64,000 nt of DNA from Eledone cirrhosa (GCA_964016885.1 OZ024741.1:49662001-49726000), one strand, 5' to 3'; counted from the stretch's first letter, positions 13,494 to 27,182 are shown. A program made the numbers and translations. Notes: a model not told the origin generated them from the letters alone.

Positions 13494-14487
13494 TGATGGC
13501 TGCAGATTCTGCTAAGAGTATTGCAATCGCTTGTAACAGATCCTGAATAAGCAATACCTGTGCTTTGAAGGTTTTTTTAAGTGGGGAAAGGCCTTGCACT
13601 CAACCAGTCCCACTCTCTGAGCCTCAAAAACATTACCCAAAAAGGAGAACTGGTCAACATCATCGGATGCTTCTGAAGCCACAGGTTTTATTTTCCGAAT
13701 TTCCCTCTCTTAGAAAAGTGTTGTGACAACAACTGGGGGCCATTCACTCCCAAATGGAAAAAAAAAGGTAGTATTTGGATGGCCGTTGACTCAGCTGAGT
13801 TCCTCCGCCCTTTGCCGGGTCTTGTATTTCATCCTGCAGGGTGTCCAAATATCACCCTCTTCACCAAGCAACTAGGTGGGGTTGCCGGTTTAGTCGCCAA
13901 CGACTCGACCATGAAAGAGGTTGTACTGGGTTACATGTTATCAGTAGCACTCGAGAGCGAACTGACATATACACATGCATACATGCATCCATCCATTCAT
14001 ACATAAATACACATACATACAAATGTACATAAGATTGTTTGATTTACAATGCAATGGGAATTTCAAAATATAGTCACAATAATGCAGTTAACTATAATAA
14101 TAGTTGAATAAGTTGAGTAAAGTATCCATGGAGATGAAAAAATATGGACAGAAACACCTGCAGGGAATTGAGCTTTACATCTCTCTCATATCAGGTGAAT
14201 GTATTTAGCCTTTGCACCAAACACTCCCTGGCTGCCAGTTACTGTCTTTGAGAAGATTATTTCCTAGGCAAGTATGTTTAACCAGGCCAGCCAATCATCT
14301 TGACACTTATAGCTACACATATAAATCTAAAAAAAACAAAAAAAAACCATACTTAATACCCAGGTACCTTTTGGCATAGTGATTAAATGACCTCGCCCAG
14401 CTTACATAGACCATGTTTAGACACTGGTGATGCCTAGCAGTTCAGATTTCGAGGACTCCTCATATAACACACACACATACACAATTA

Positions 14488-14520
<33 letters not shown>

Positions 14521-15802
14521 CTATGTATCATATATATGTACACATATAAGCAGGGAGATGGAGGGAAAGAGAGAAAGAAAGGAAGAAAGCAGGAACCGAA
14601 TAGAGAGGAATAGATTTGAATTTCTTCTAATATATAAGTCCACTACCAGAACATGAGGTCAAATAATGGAGGTAGCAAAGGAATGGTCATTGTGTACATA
14701 AACACACAAGGATATAACCACACATACACACACAAATATATATATACACATCAAGCACCATCATTGATAAAACTATACATATACTCATACGCATGTGTAA
14801 ATATACACCATATACAGCAGTTCTCCTTACTGTCACCTACTGGTGTTGCTAAAGTAGAGAAATTTTGATAAATTGGCACAAAATCGACATCCATTACATT
14901 TTAAAAAACACTCTCTAAAATAGAAAATTAGGTTTATGATCAAGGCCTCATTTTAGCTTTGTTCTTAAAAGGTAGCAGGAGCTCTGTTTGAAGTGGTTGC
15001 CTTGCATGAAGAAGGCACCCTCTTCAGAGAAGGGGGCCCAGAGCATTTTCCATCTGCACCTTCTTATAAATCCAGCCCTGATCATACAAGAAATGTGTGG
15101 TTCAAATCATTGCAGAGTTTTCTTTCTCCGTTTTTTTCCATCTCCAGGGTACTTTAGTCTATTATTATAGTAATCTGCATCAGGCAAGTATGTATGTGTG
15201 GATGTATATATGTGCATATTATAGTTGTGTGTACGTGTGCATGCGTATATAAATGAAAGGAATTTTTGACTGCTATGAATACAGAACTCAGCTTTGAGAT
15301 TCCATTATCAATTTTCCCTCCATTATTTCTCTGCAAAATAACTTAACCATCTTCCACTTGATATTCAAGTCAAACATGTTCCCATGCTGGACAAATATCT
15401 GTTGCTGTTTCCATTATTGAATTACCAAAGATTGCATCAATAAATAAATGAGGTAAAAATTACTTTAAAACAACACCAATAAACCCAAGAATGGAACCTG
15501 TTTTTTTTTCTTTAATTATTAATATCTGAAAGCATTTTTCATTTTAAATGGCAAAAAAGGCAAAATAAATAAAGGAATAAATAAATAAATAAAAACTAAG
15601 TAAAAATAAACAAGAATAAGTGAAAAGCTTTGTGGAAGATATCAATGAATAAATATTAATAATGAAGGATGTAATGGTGGTGGTGGTGGTGGCAGTGGCA
15701 AAATGCATGGGTGCATACACATACACACACGTGTATATATGTACATATATATTTGTATGTATGTATATATATATATGTATATGTATATATATGTATATAT
15801 GT

Positions 15803-17966
15803 ATTGTTATACTTGGGGAGGGTCATATTTGTGTATTATTGCCAGAATTAATAACAGAACACACTCACTGTTTGGTTGGTTTTCGCTTCTGTGTCTTTTA
15901 TATCGGTAATCTAATTTATTCGGTCCTCAATATTGCCATTGACTGACCAACGGTCAAAAATACAGATACAATATAGACACAAACACATATATATAGTCTA
16001 TCAAAGTTCTTTCGTTGCGCATCTGCAACATCGTCAGTGGTGCTATTGTTTCCTCCCGTTGCATTGTATTTTCTACGCCATCTTTATTTAGTCTGTTTAT
16101 ATATATATATATATATATTCTTTTTTTTTGTCTTCTTTGCGCATGTGTGTTCGTGATTGGGTCACTGTGTATTGGTTAATGTATTCTGTCTTTACTAGTG
16201 TGTGATTATATGTGTTGTTATTGTGCTTGTGTATGTATTTATTTATTTATTTATACTTCTCTTAGGTCAGTGTTGTTTGTTTGGGTGTTGTTGTTATTCC
16301 ATTCATTTTTTTCTGTTTAGCCTTGGGCTTCTAAGTTCTATTTCACTGGCCTCTCTGATTTGCCTATCTGCTGGGTCATTTCTATGTTTAGATATTATTC
16401 TAATTTCTATGTTGTCTATGTTACCGTCGTGTTGTTGTCTGGCATGTTTGTATAGTACTGAACCGTTTTTTCGTCCTTTTAGTTCCCCCCAGTGTTGGTC
16501 TATCCTTTCACCTATGCTACGAGCTGTCTCGCCTATGTATGTTGTTGTCATGTTTCTGCAAGTACCCTCTGTACATCTTATGTTATAGACTACGTTTCTA
16601 CTTTTACAGTTTATCCGGGGGTTTACCTTACATATAATACATTTCCTATTAGTACAGTGGGTTTTCTTAAAAGGGTAGGTTTTGCTGATCAGGGATTTTA
16701 TGGTGGTTCCTGGCTTTTCTACCACCTTAATCTTTAACTGGGTCTTTCTCAGGGCCTTTCTACACTGGTTAGCTAATTTCCCTCCAGGGGTAGCATCCAC
16801 AACCGTGACACTCTGGTATCTCTGGTTGTCATACCATGAGGTGGCTTTCCCTATCTAAGCTATTCCATGATTTGCTCCTGTATAATGGGCAAATTCCTTT
16901 CATGTCCAGTTCTATGAGGGTCTTATACTTCTCCGTGGTGCTTCGTATACTCTGATTCTGTCTCTTTGGTTGTAGCCAGAGAACTGCATGCGGTTGATGA
17001 AGTGTTGGATGTGTCTTTCCATTTCTGTTGGGTCGCACATGCGGGACACGTTCTTCATCACTCGTACCAAGTCTGCGAATATTAAACTTAGCACTACTGG
17101 ACATTGCTGAGTTTTTGAGTATCAGGTATTTGGAGGCCATGGGTTTAGCATAGTGTGAGTGGAGAATTTGGGCTCTCTCGTCTATAGTGTTAATCCAGAG
17201 TTCCGTGTCTAATACAGGTAGTCTATTGTTTGGGTGTTTGGAAGGGTATTCGATAGTTACAGTTATACTCTGGTGTATGGAATTAGCTATCTGCTGGATG
17301 CTTTCCATTGTTCTACGTTCTAAATCAAACTTGTTAGTGCTCTCTTGTGGGGATGTTCTTATAACTATATTGATATTGTCTACATAACGAGAGTACTATG
17401 GAGCTCTCATTAAGGAGATCTTTAAGTCTCCTTTCCCACCATACCATAAAAAGGTTGGCAACGTCACCAGCTATGCTGACGCCAATGGCTGCTCCCTCAT
17501 TTTGCAACAAAAACAGGAACTTATCCAACTGCATAATAGGCAGCATGGATGTGGTATCACTGTACCCATCCATTAACATTGATTTTGCTGTGGAAAAATG
17601 TGTGGAGATGATCATTGAGAGTGAGGTGGAGTTCTGCGACGTCGACACAGACGAACTGGGCCTCCTACTTAGACTTTCCTACGACACTGACTATCTAGAC
17701 AGCCATGACCTTAGACGTTTCTGCCCCAATAGACCCATAAGAGGTAGACCCCCACCATAACCTCAATGGCCAAAAAGACTCCCATGGGAAGGTGGATTAG
17801 GTGGACCAAAGCTATACGGACTCCCCAAAACAATGATCAGGTAAGAAAAATGGTCGCACATGCAATAGGAGCTAGCATCAAAACTACCCTAAAGGGCCAC
17901 ATATTCAAGTTCAACGAGAAGATCTACACCCAAAATGAGGGAGCAGCCATTGGCGTCAGCATAGCT
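15803..17966 (-). mobile_element. Penelope-like element (RT + C-terminal GIY-YIG), 5'-truncated, with 5' inversion (17505-17966 on +)
   Basis: GIY-YIG VVYNIRC..YIGETARSIGERIDQH (16303-16800). RT motifs SMDVVSLYPSI, QNEGAAIG, YSRYVDNINI and LPVLDTELW. The 3' end ccctccccaagtataacaat runs into TA repeat. Confidence 0.9.
16001..16040 (-). ncRNA. Hammerhead ribozyme-like motif in the Penelope 3' region
   Basis: CCA CTGACGA T GTTGC-agatgc-GCAAC GAAA GAACT T TGA; stem I is weak. Confidence 0.6.
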
Positions 17967-18039
17967 ATATATATACATATATATATGTGTATATATATAT
18001 GTGTATATATATATATGTGTATGTATATATATGTATATG

Positions 18040-19612
18040 TCATCATCATCGTTTAACGTCCATATTCCACGCTTGCATGGATTTGGACGGGGGTTTTCCC
18101 ACTTGATGCAAGAGTGGTTGTCTTGCTTGCATAGGACTGTCTGGCGGGTTTTCTACGGCTGGATGCCCTTCCTAACACCAACCACATTTACAGTGTGGAA
18201 CTGGGAGGTTTTTACTGTGTTACCTACACGGCCACATTACAGCGTGGACTGTGTGTTTTTTTTTGTCGTGACACCTACACGACCTCATTTGTTTCGGGCT
18301 GGATGTTGTGACACCAACATAACTTTACATTGAAAGGGGTGGTGTGGATGGGGTGGGGTAGTGGGACGGGGTGTATTTTGTTAGAGGTGCCTACTGACTG
18401 TAGTAGGTTTCACTTTGTACTTAGGTAAGGCGGGTCTTCTCTATTACTGTGTAGCGCCAAAGCTCTCGGTCCAGTGACATTGTCTTGGAGAGCTGTAAGT
18501 GTGTGAGGTCGGAATTTATCAAGTCGTCCCAGGTTTTTCTGGATCTGTCTACTCCGTGGCTACCGTCTATTTTTATTGCCCCGCACTTTTTTATACAGCT
18601 GTTGTCTTTCATGCGCATCACATGACCATACCAACGTAGTCTTCTCTCGACTAAACAACATCTGATCCCTCTTATTTCTAATTTCTCCCTTAGTACGTTT
18701 ATGCTTTGCCGTTCGCGTATATTACTATTACACATCCAGCGGAGCATGCAAGCTTCGTTCCTCTCCAGTCTGCATATATCCTCTGCCCACAATGCCCAGG
18801 TCTCACTGCCATGTAACATTGCTGTTCGTATGCAGGCATCATACAACCTGCCTTTCATTTTTAGAGAGAACCCTTTAGCGGCCAATAGTGGTATAAGCTC
18901 TCTGAACTTTTTCCATCCTGTTCTGACGCTAGCTACTGTACTTTCAGAGCACCCTCCCCCACTGCTGATTTTGTCACCTAGTTAACGGAAGCTGTCCACT
19001 ATTTCTATAGAACCCTCTGCGCAATTGAAAGAGCTAGTATTTTGTGGGCACTTGCTGCTACTTATTGCACCAGAGCACCGGCCACATGTAAAATCTATGT
19101 TCTTAGTTAGCTTACCTGTGATCCCACTACATCTTTTATGCACCCATACTTTGCATTTGGGACATAGAATGGAGTTTCTACCTACGCCTTTCCTACACAC
19201 TGAGCATGGCCATTTCCCGGAAGGGACCGGCGCCTTATTTTCTTTCCTATTAACCTTAGCCAGGTTAATTTTAAGGCATTTTGATTCTAGGCCGTGCTTC
19301 CATGTTTGGAATTTCTTCTCTAGCTCGGCCATTGATTCAGCTTTGGGCATTAGATCATCTGCGTATAGGAGTTCCCATGGGCAGCCGGTCTTGAACTCCA
19401 CTGTTATAGCCTGTAGGGCAATAATAAATAGTAGGGGGCTAAGAACAGAGCCCTGATGAACACCAACTTTTACGCTAAACTCTTCACTATATTCGTTGTT
19501 AATTCTAACCTTGCTGACTGTTTCTTTATACATGGCTTGTATAGCTCTCTCAAGCCATTCATCAACACCTAGTTTTCTAAGAGCCCACCAGATAATGGAA
19601 CGGGGGACTCTG
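18040..19612 (-). mobile_element. RTE LINE family B, copy 1 (5'-truncated)
   Basis: RT, PHD and C-terminal ORFs at 18421-19612; 3' UTR and (ATG)n tail at 18040. Confidence 0.95.
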
Positions 19613-19645
19613 TATATATATATGTATATATATATGTATATATAT

Positions 19646-19679
<34 letters not shown>

Positions 19680-19681
19680 AT

Positions 19682-21675
19682 ACGGGTAAGGCAGCTGGGC
19701 CTTCGGAAATAGTTGCTGAGATGCTGAAGGCATCTGGCACGGTGGGACACACCATGGTCACCCGGATAGTTAACCAAGTCGTACAGAATGGGGTTGTTCC
19801 GAAGGACTGGCATAGCAGCATCATCGTTAACTGTTATAACGGTAAAGGAGATGCCCTAGATAGGAGTAACTTTAGAGGCATTAAATTAATCGACCAGTTC
19901 ATGAAGGTCACGGAAAAAGTAATAGCGCAACTAATCAGAGAGAGAATTGACCTAGATGAAATGCAGTTCGGGTTTGTGTCAGGCAAAAGTACCACAGATG
20001 CTCTTTTCATTGTACGACAACTACAGGAGAAGTACCTAGCTAAAAGTAAACCCCTATACTTAGCTTTTGTCGACTTGGAGAAAGCCTTCGACAGACTCCC
20101 CCGTTCCATTATCTGGTGGGCTCTTAGAAAACTAGGTGTCGACGAATGGCTTGTGAGAGCTATACAAGCCATGTATAAAGAAACAGTCAGCAAGGTTAGA
20201 ATTAACAACGAATATAGTGAAGGGTTTAGCGTAAAAGTTGGCGTCCATCTGGGCTCTGTTCTCAGCCCCCTACTATTTATTATTGCCCTTCAGGCTATAA
20301 CAGAGGAGTTCAAGACCGGCTGCCCATGGGAACTCCTATACGCAGATGACCTAACACTCATAGCTGAATCAATGGCTGGGCTAGAGAATAAATTCCAAAC
20401 ATGGAAGCACGGCCTAGAATCAAAAGGCCTTAAAATTAACCTGGCTAAGACCAAAGTTCTAGTTTGTAGGAAAGAAAATAAGGCGGCGGTCCCTTCCGGA
20501 AAGTGGCCATGCTCAGTGTGTAGGAAAGGCGTAGGTAGAAACTCCATTTTGTGTCAGAAATGCAAAGTATGGGTGCATAAAAGATGTAGTGGGATCACAG
20601 GTAAGCTAACTAAGAACATAGATTTCACATGTGGCCATTGCTCTGGTGCAATAAGTAGCAGTAAGTGCCCACAAAATACTAGCTCTTTCAACTGCGCAGA
20701 GGGCTCTATAGAAATAGTGGACAGCTTCCGTTACCTGGGTGACAAAATCAGCAGTGGTGGAGGGTACTTTGAAAGTACGGTAGCTAGAGTCAGAACTGGA
20801 TGGAAAAAGTTCAGAGAGCTTATACCACTATTAGCAGCTAAAGGGTTCTCCCTAAAAATGAAAGGCAGGTTGTATGATGCCTGCATACGAACAGCAATGT
20901 TGCATGGCAGTGAGACCTGGGTATTGTGTGCAGAGGATATACGCAGACTAGAGAGGAACGAAGCTTGCATGCTCCGCTGGATGTGTAATAGTAATATACG
21001 GGAACGGCAAAGCATAAACGAACTAAGGAAAAAATTAGAAATAAGAGGGATCAGATGTTGTTTACTCGAGAGAACGCTACGTTGGTATGGACACGTGATG
21101 CGCATGAAAGTCGATAGCTGTATAACAAAGTGCAGGGCAATAAAGATAGACGGTAGCCACGGAATAGGCAGACCTAGAAAAACCTGCGACGAGCTGATAA
21201 ACTCCGACCTCACACGCTTACACCTCTCCAAGACAATGTCACTGGACCGAGACCTTTGGCGGTACTCAGTAATAGAGAAGACCCGCCTTACCTAAATACA
21301 TAGTAAAACCTACTACAGTCAGTAGGCATCTCTAACAAAATACACCCCGTCCCACCACCCCCACCCCATCCACACCACCCCTTCTATGTAAAGCTATGTT
21401 GGTGCCACACCATCCAGGCCGAAACAAATGAGATCGTGTAGGTGTCACGACAAAAAAACACAGTCCACGCTGTAATGTGGCCGTGTAGGCAACACGGTAA
21501 AAACCTCCCAGACCCACACTGTAAATGTGGTTGGTGTTAGGAAGGGCATCCAACTGTAGAAAACCTGCCAGACAGTCCTATGCGAGCAAGACAATCACTC
21601 TTGCCTCAAGTGGGAAACCCCCGTCCAAACCCGTGCAAGCGTGGAACACGGACTTAAATGTTGATGATGATGATG
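19682..21675 (+). mobile_element. RTE LINE family B, copy 2 (5'-truncated; RT-PHD frame open to 21295)
   Basis: TGKAAGP..FVDLEKAFD..LLYADD..CSVC..TRLT*, then UTR and (ATG)n. Confidence 0.95.
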
Positions 21676-21689
21676 TATATATATATGTG

Positions 21690-21723
<34 letters not shown>

Positions 21724-21739
21724 CATGTATATATGTATA

Positions 21740-21786
<47 letters not shown>

Positions 21787-21915
21787 GTATATGTATATAT
21801 ATGTATATATATGTATATATATGTATATGTATATATATGTATATATATGTATATATATGTATATATATGTATATGTATATATATGTATATATATGTATAT
21901 ATATGTATATGTATA

Positions 21916-21955
<40 letters not shown>

Positions 21956-21984
21956 CGTATATATATATATATGTATATATGTAT

Positions 21985-24900
21985 GCTAACTACCTCCCAA
22001 ATATCTGACAGTGACTATATAATTATTGCAGGCGACCTAAATGGTCACGTTGGACAACATTGTGACGGCTACGACGAAATCCATGGAGGCTATGGGTTTG
22101 GTACTAGAAATGAGGAGGGCTCCAGAATCCTGGAATTCTGTGATGCAAATAACCTAACTATCTGTAACACTAACTTCAAAAAACGTGACAATCACCTGAT
22201 CATCTATAGATCGGGGGAACACACAAGCCAGGTAGATTATATCCTTACCAGAAGACGTGACAGAGTGTCTGTTGTAAACACTAAATCCCTCCTCCATGAA
22301 GAATGCACCTCCCAACATTGACTGATAATTAGCGACCTCATAGTCAGGACGAGACGTACTCGACAGCAGAAGAGGACTATCCTCAGGAGAAAAATATGGA
22401 AGCTAAAGGACCCCACAGCCAGAAATAAATTTCAAAGCATATTACTTGATGCTTTCGACAGTAAGGAAGAGCAATTAGAGTCGTACAATATAGAGGGACA
22501 GTGGAAATTTCTGAAAGCAAACCTGCTGATGGCGGCAGACGAAGTCTTTGGCTGGAGCAGGCCTGTAGGCAGGAGGAGAGTAACATAGTGGTGGAACAGT
22601 AAGGTGGAGGGGTCAATTAAGGCCAAAAAGCAGGCTTGGAAAGTATGGCGGGATGGGGGAAGTAGAGTAGACTATCAAGTGGCCAGGAGGGAAGCTAGGA
22701 GACAAGTGTACTTAGCAAGAAGGGAAGCTGAGGAAAGAAAGTTCAAGCATGTTCTACAACGCGATGACCAAAAACGTGAGGTGTTCAGGATTGCTAGGCA
22801 ATGCGTCAAGGAAAACCGTGATATTATCGGGGAGAAGTGTGTACTTAACGATGATGGCATATTTGCCATCACCGACGCTGATGAGAAGGTAGCTTGGAAG
22901 TGTCACTATGAAAGGCTACTAAATGAGGAGAATAAATGGGAGAAAGACAGTCTCCCCCATATCGACCCAATAGAGGGACCAGCAGTGTTAGTCGAGGGGA
23001 GTAAAATAAGTAAGGCAATCAAGGATATGAAGACGGGTAAGGCGGCTGGGCCTTCGGAAATAGTTGCTGAGATGCTGAAGGCATCTGGCACGGTGGGACA
23101 CACCATGGTCACCCGCATAGTTAACCAAGTCGTACAGAATGGGGTTGTTCCGAAGGACTGGCATAGCAGCATCATCGTTAACTGTTATAAGGGTAAAGGA
23201 GACGCCCTAGATAGGAGTAACTATAGAGGCATTAAATTAATCGACCAGGTCATGAAGGTCGCGGAAAAAGTAATAGCGCAACTAATCAGAGAGAGAATTG
23301 ACCTAGATGAAATGCAGTTCGGCTTTGTGTCAGGCAAAAGTACCACAGACGCTCTTTTCATAGTACGACAACTACAGGAGAAGTACCTAGCTAAAGGTAA
23401 ACCCCTCTACTTAGCTTTTGTCGACTTGGAGAAAGCCTTCGATAGAGTCCCCCGCTCCATTATCTGGTGGGCTCTTAGAAAACTAGGCGTTGACGAATGG
23501 CTTGTGAGGGCTATACAAGCCATGTATAAAGAAACAGTCAGCAAGGTTAGAATTAACAACGAATATAGTGAAGAGTTTAGCGTAAAAGTTGGCGTCCATC
23601 AGGGCTCTGTTCTCAGCCCCCTACTATTTATTATTGCCCTTCAGGCTATAACAGAGGAGTTCAAGACAGGCTGCCCATGGGAACTCCTATACGCAGACGA
23701 CCTGACCCTCATAGCGGAATCAATGGCCGAGCTAGAGAAGAAATTCCAAACATGGAAGCACGGCCTAGAGTCAAAAGGACTTAAAATTAACCTGGCTAAG
23801 ACCAAAGTTCTAGTTTGTAGGAAAGAAAACAAGGCGGCGGTCCCTTCTGGGAAATGGCCGTGCTAGGTGTGTAGGAAAGGCGTAGGTAGAAACTCCATTT
23901 TATGTCCTAAATGCAAAGTATGGGTGCATAAGAGATGTAGTGGGATCACAGGTAAGCTAACTAAGAACATAGATTTTACATGTGGCCGGTGTTCTGGTGC
24001 AATAAGTAGCAGCAAGTGCCCACAAAATACTAGCTCTTTCAATTGCGCAGAGGGTTCTATAGAAATAGTGGACAGCTTCCGTTACCTGGGCGATGAAATC
24101 AGCAGTGGGGGAGGGTGCTCTGAAAGTACTGTAGCTAGAGTCAGAACTGGTTGGAAAAAGTTCAGAGAGCTTATACCACTATTAGCTGCTAAAGGGTTCT
24201 CCCTAAAAATGAAAGGCAGGTTGTACGATGCCTGCATACGAACAGCAATGCTGCATGGCAGTGAGACCTGGGCATTGTGTGCAGAGGATATACGCAGACT
24301 AGAGAGGAACGAAGCTTGTATGCTCCGCTGGATGTGTAACAGTAATATACGTGAACGGCAAAGCATAAACGAACTAAGGAAAAAATTAGAGATAAGAGGG
24401 ATCAGATGTTGTTTACTCGAGAGAAGGCTACGTTGGTATGGACACGTGATGCACATGAAAGTCGATAGCTGTATAACAAAGTGCAGGGCAATAAAGATAG
24501 ACGGTAGCCACGGAATAGGCAGACCTAGAAAAACCTGGGACGAGCTGATAAACTCCGACCTCACACACTTACACCTCTCCAAGACATTGTCACTGGACCG
24601 AGACCTTTGGCGGTACTCAGTAACAGAGAAGACCCGCCTTACCTAAATATATAGTAAAACCTACTCCAGCCAGTAGGCATCTCTAACAAAATACACCCCG
24701 TCCCACCACCACCACCCCCACCCCATCCACACCACCCCTTCTATGTAAAGTTATGTTGGTGCCGCGCCATCCAGGCCGAAACAAATGAGATCGTGTAGGT
24801 GTCACGACAAAAAAACACACAGTCCACGCTGTAATGTGGCCGTGTAGGCAACATGGTAAAAACCTCCCAGACCCACGCTGTAAATGTGGTTGGTGTTAGG

Positions 24901-25035
24901 AAGGGCATCCAACTGTAGAAAACCTGCCAGACAGTCCTATGCGAGCAAGACAATCACTCTTGCCTCAAGTGGGACTACCCCCGTCCAAACCCATGCAAGC
25001 GTGGAACACGGACGTTAAACGTTGATGATGATGAT
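21985..25035 (+). mobile_element. RTE LINE family B, copy 3 (partial APE + RT + PHD), with stops
   Basis: APE motifs AGDLNGHVG and QVDYIL; RT at 22604-23866 with stop at 23864-23866; (ATG)n tail. Confidence 0.95.
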
Positions 25036-25162
25036 ATGTATATATATGTATATGTATATATATGTATATATATGTATATGTATATATATGTATATGTATA
25101 TATATATATGTATATGTATATATAAGTATATGTATATATATATATATATATGTATATATATG

Positions 25163-25215
<53 letters not shown>

Positions 25216-25247
25216 ATATATGTATATATGTATATATATGTATATAT

Positions 25248-25943
25248 ATCATCATCATCATCATCATCAACGTTTAACGTCCGTGTTCCACGCTTGCATG
25301 GGTTTGGACGGGGGTAGTCCCACTTGTAAAATTTATGTTCTTAGTTAGCTTACCTGTGATCCCACTACATCTTTTATGCACCCATACTTTGCATTTAGGA
25401 CATAAAATGGAGTTTCTACCTACGCCTTTCCTACACACCGAGCACGACCATTTCCCAGAAGGGACCGCCGCCTTGTTTTCTTTCCTACAAACTAGAACTT
25501 TGGTCTTAGCCAGGTTAATTTTAAGTCCTTTTGACTCTAGGCCATGCTTCCATGTTTGGAATTTCTTCTCTAGCTCGGCCATTGATTCCGCTATGAGTGT
25601 CAGGTCGTCTGCGTATAGGAGTTCCCATGGGCAGCCTGTCTTGAACTCCTCTGTTATAGCCTGAAGGGCAATAATAAATAGTAGGGGGCTGAGAACAGAG
25701 CCATGATGGACGCCAACTTTTACGCTAAACTCTTCACTATATTCGTTGTTAATTCTAACCTTGCTGACTGTTTCTTTATACATGGCTTGTATAGCCCTCA
25801 CAAGCCATTCGTCAACGCCTAGTTTTCTAAGAGCCCACCAGATAATGGAGCGGGGGACTCTGTCGACGGCTTTCTCCAAGTCGACAAAAGCTAAGTAGAG
25901 GGGTTTACCTTTAGCTAGGTACTTCTCCTGTAGTTGTCTACTA
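25248..25943 (-). mobile_element. RTE LINE family B, copy 4, with ~1 kb internal deletion
   Basis: RT segment RQLQEKY..KNINFT joined directly to the terminal ~75 nt at 25326/25327. Confidence 0.9.
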
Positions 25944-25984
25944 ATATATGTATATATATATATATATATGTATATATATGTATG

Positions 25985-26023
<39 letters not shown>

Positions 26024-26114
26024 ATGTATATATATGTATATGTATGTATATGTATATATATGTATATATATGTATATGTATGTATATGTATATATATGTA
26101 TATATATGTATATA

Positions 26115-26153
<39 letters not shown>

Positions 26154-26164
26154 ATATATATATG

Positions 26165-26196
<32 letters not shown>

Positions 26197-26283
26197 TATG
26201 TATATATGTATGTATGTATATATATGTATGTATGTATGTATATATATATATGTATATATGTATATATATGTATATATGTATAT

Positions 26284-26324
<41 letters not shown>

Positions 26325-26343
26325 TATGTATATATGTATATAT

Positions 26344-26384
<41 letters not shown>

Positions 26385-26396
26385 TATGTATATATG

Positions 26397-26443
<47 letters not shown>

Positions 26444-26794
26444 GTATATATATATATGTATATATATGTATATATATATATGTATATATATGTATATATA
26501 TATATGTATATATATATATGTATATATATGTATATATATATATGTATATATATATATGTATATATATGTATATATATATATGTATATATATGTATATATA
26601 TATATGTATATATATGTATATATATATATGTATATATATGTATATGTATATATATGTATAAATGTATATATATGTATATATGTATATATATGTATATGTA
26701 TATATATGTATATATATGTATATATATATGTATATGTATATGTATATATATGTATATATATGTATGTATATATATATATATATGTATATGTATG

Positions 26795-26827
<33 letters not shown>

Positions 26828-27076
26828 GTATGTATATATATATATGTATGTATATATGTATGTATATATATATATGTATGTATATATGTATGTATGTATA
26901 TGTATATATTTATATATATATGTATATATATATATGTATATATGTATATATATATGTATATATGTATATATATATGTATATATATATATGTATATATATA
27001 TGTATATATATATGTATATATGTTTATATTTATATATATATGTATATATATATATATGTATATATATGTATATATG

Positions 27077-27111
<35 letters not shown>

Positions 27112-27146
27112 GTATATATGTATATATATATATATATGTATATATG

Positions 27147-27178
<32 letters not shown>

Positions 27179-27182
27179 ATAT

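Noticed and set aside
19496-19681. N-terminus of the 599-aa ORF as a fusion protein
   Set aside because: It is antisense RTE plus microsatellite that happens to be in frame with a 5'-truncated RT.
18040-21675. B1+B2 as one twin-primed inverted insertion
   Set aside because: Both carry their own 3' tail, overlap over ~1.5 kb and differ by many substitutions, so they are independent insertions.
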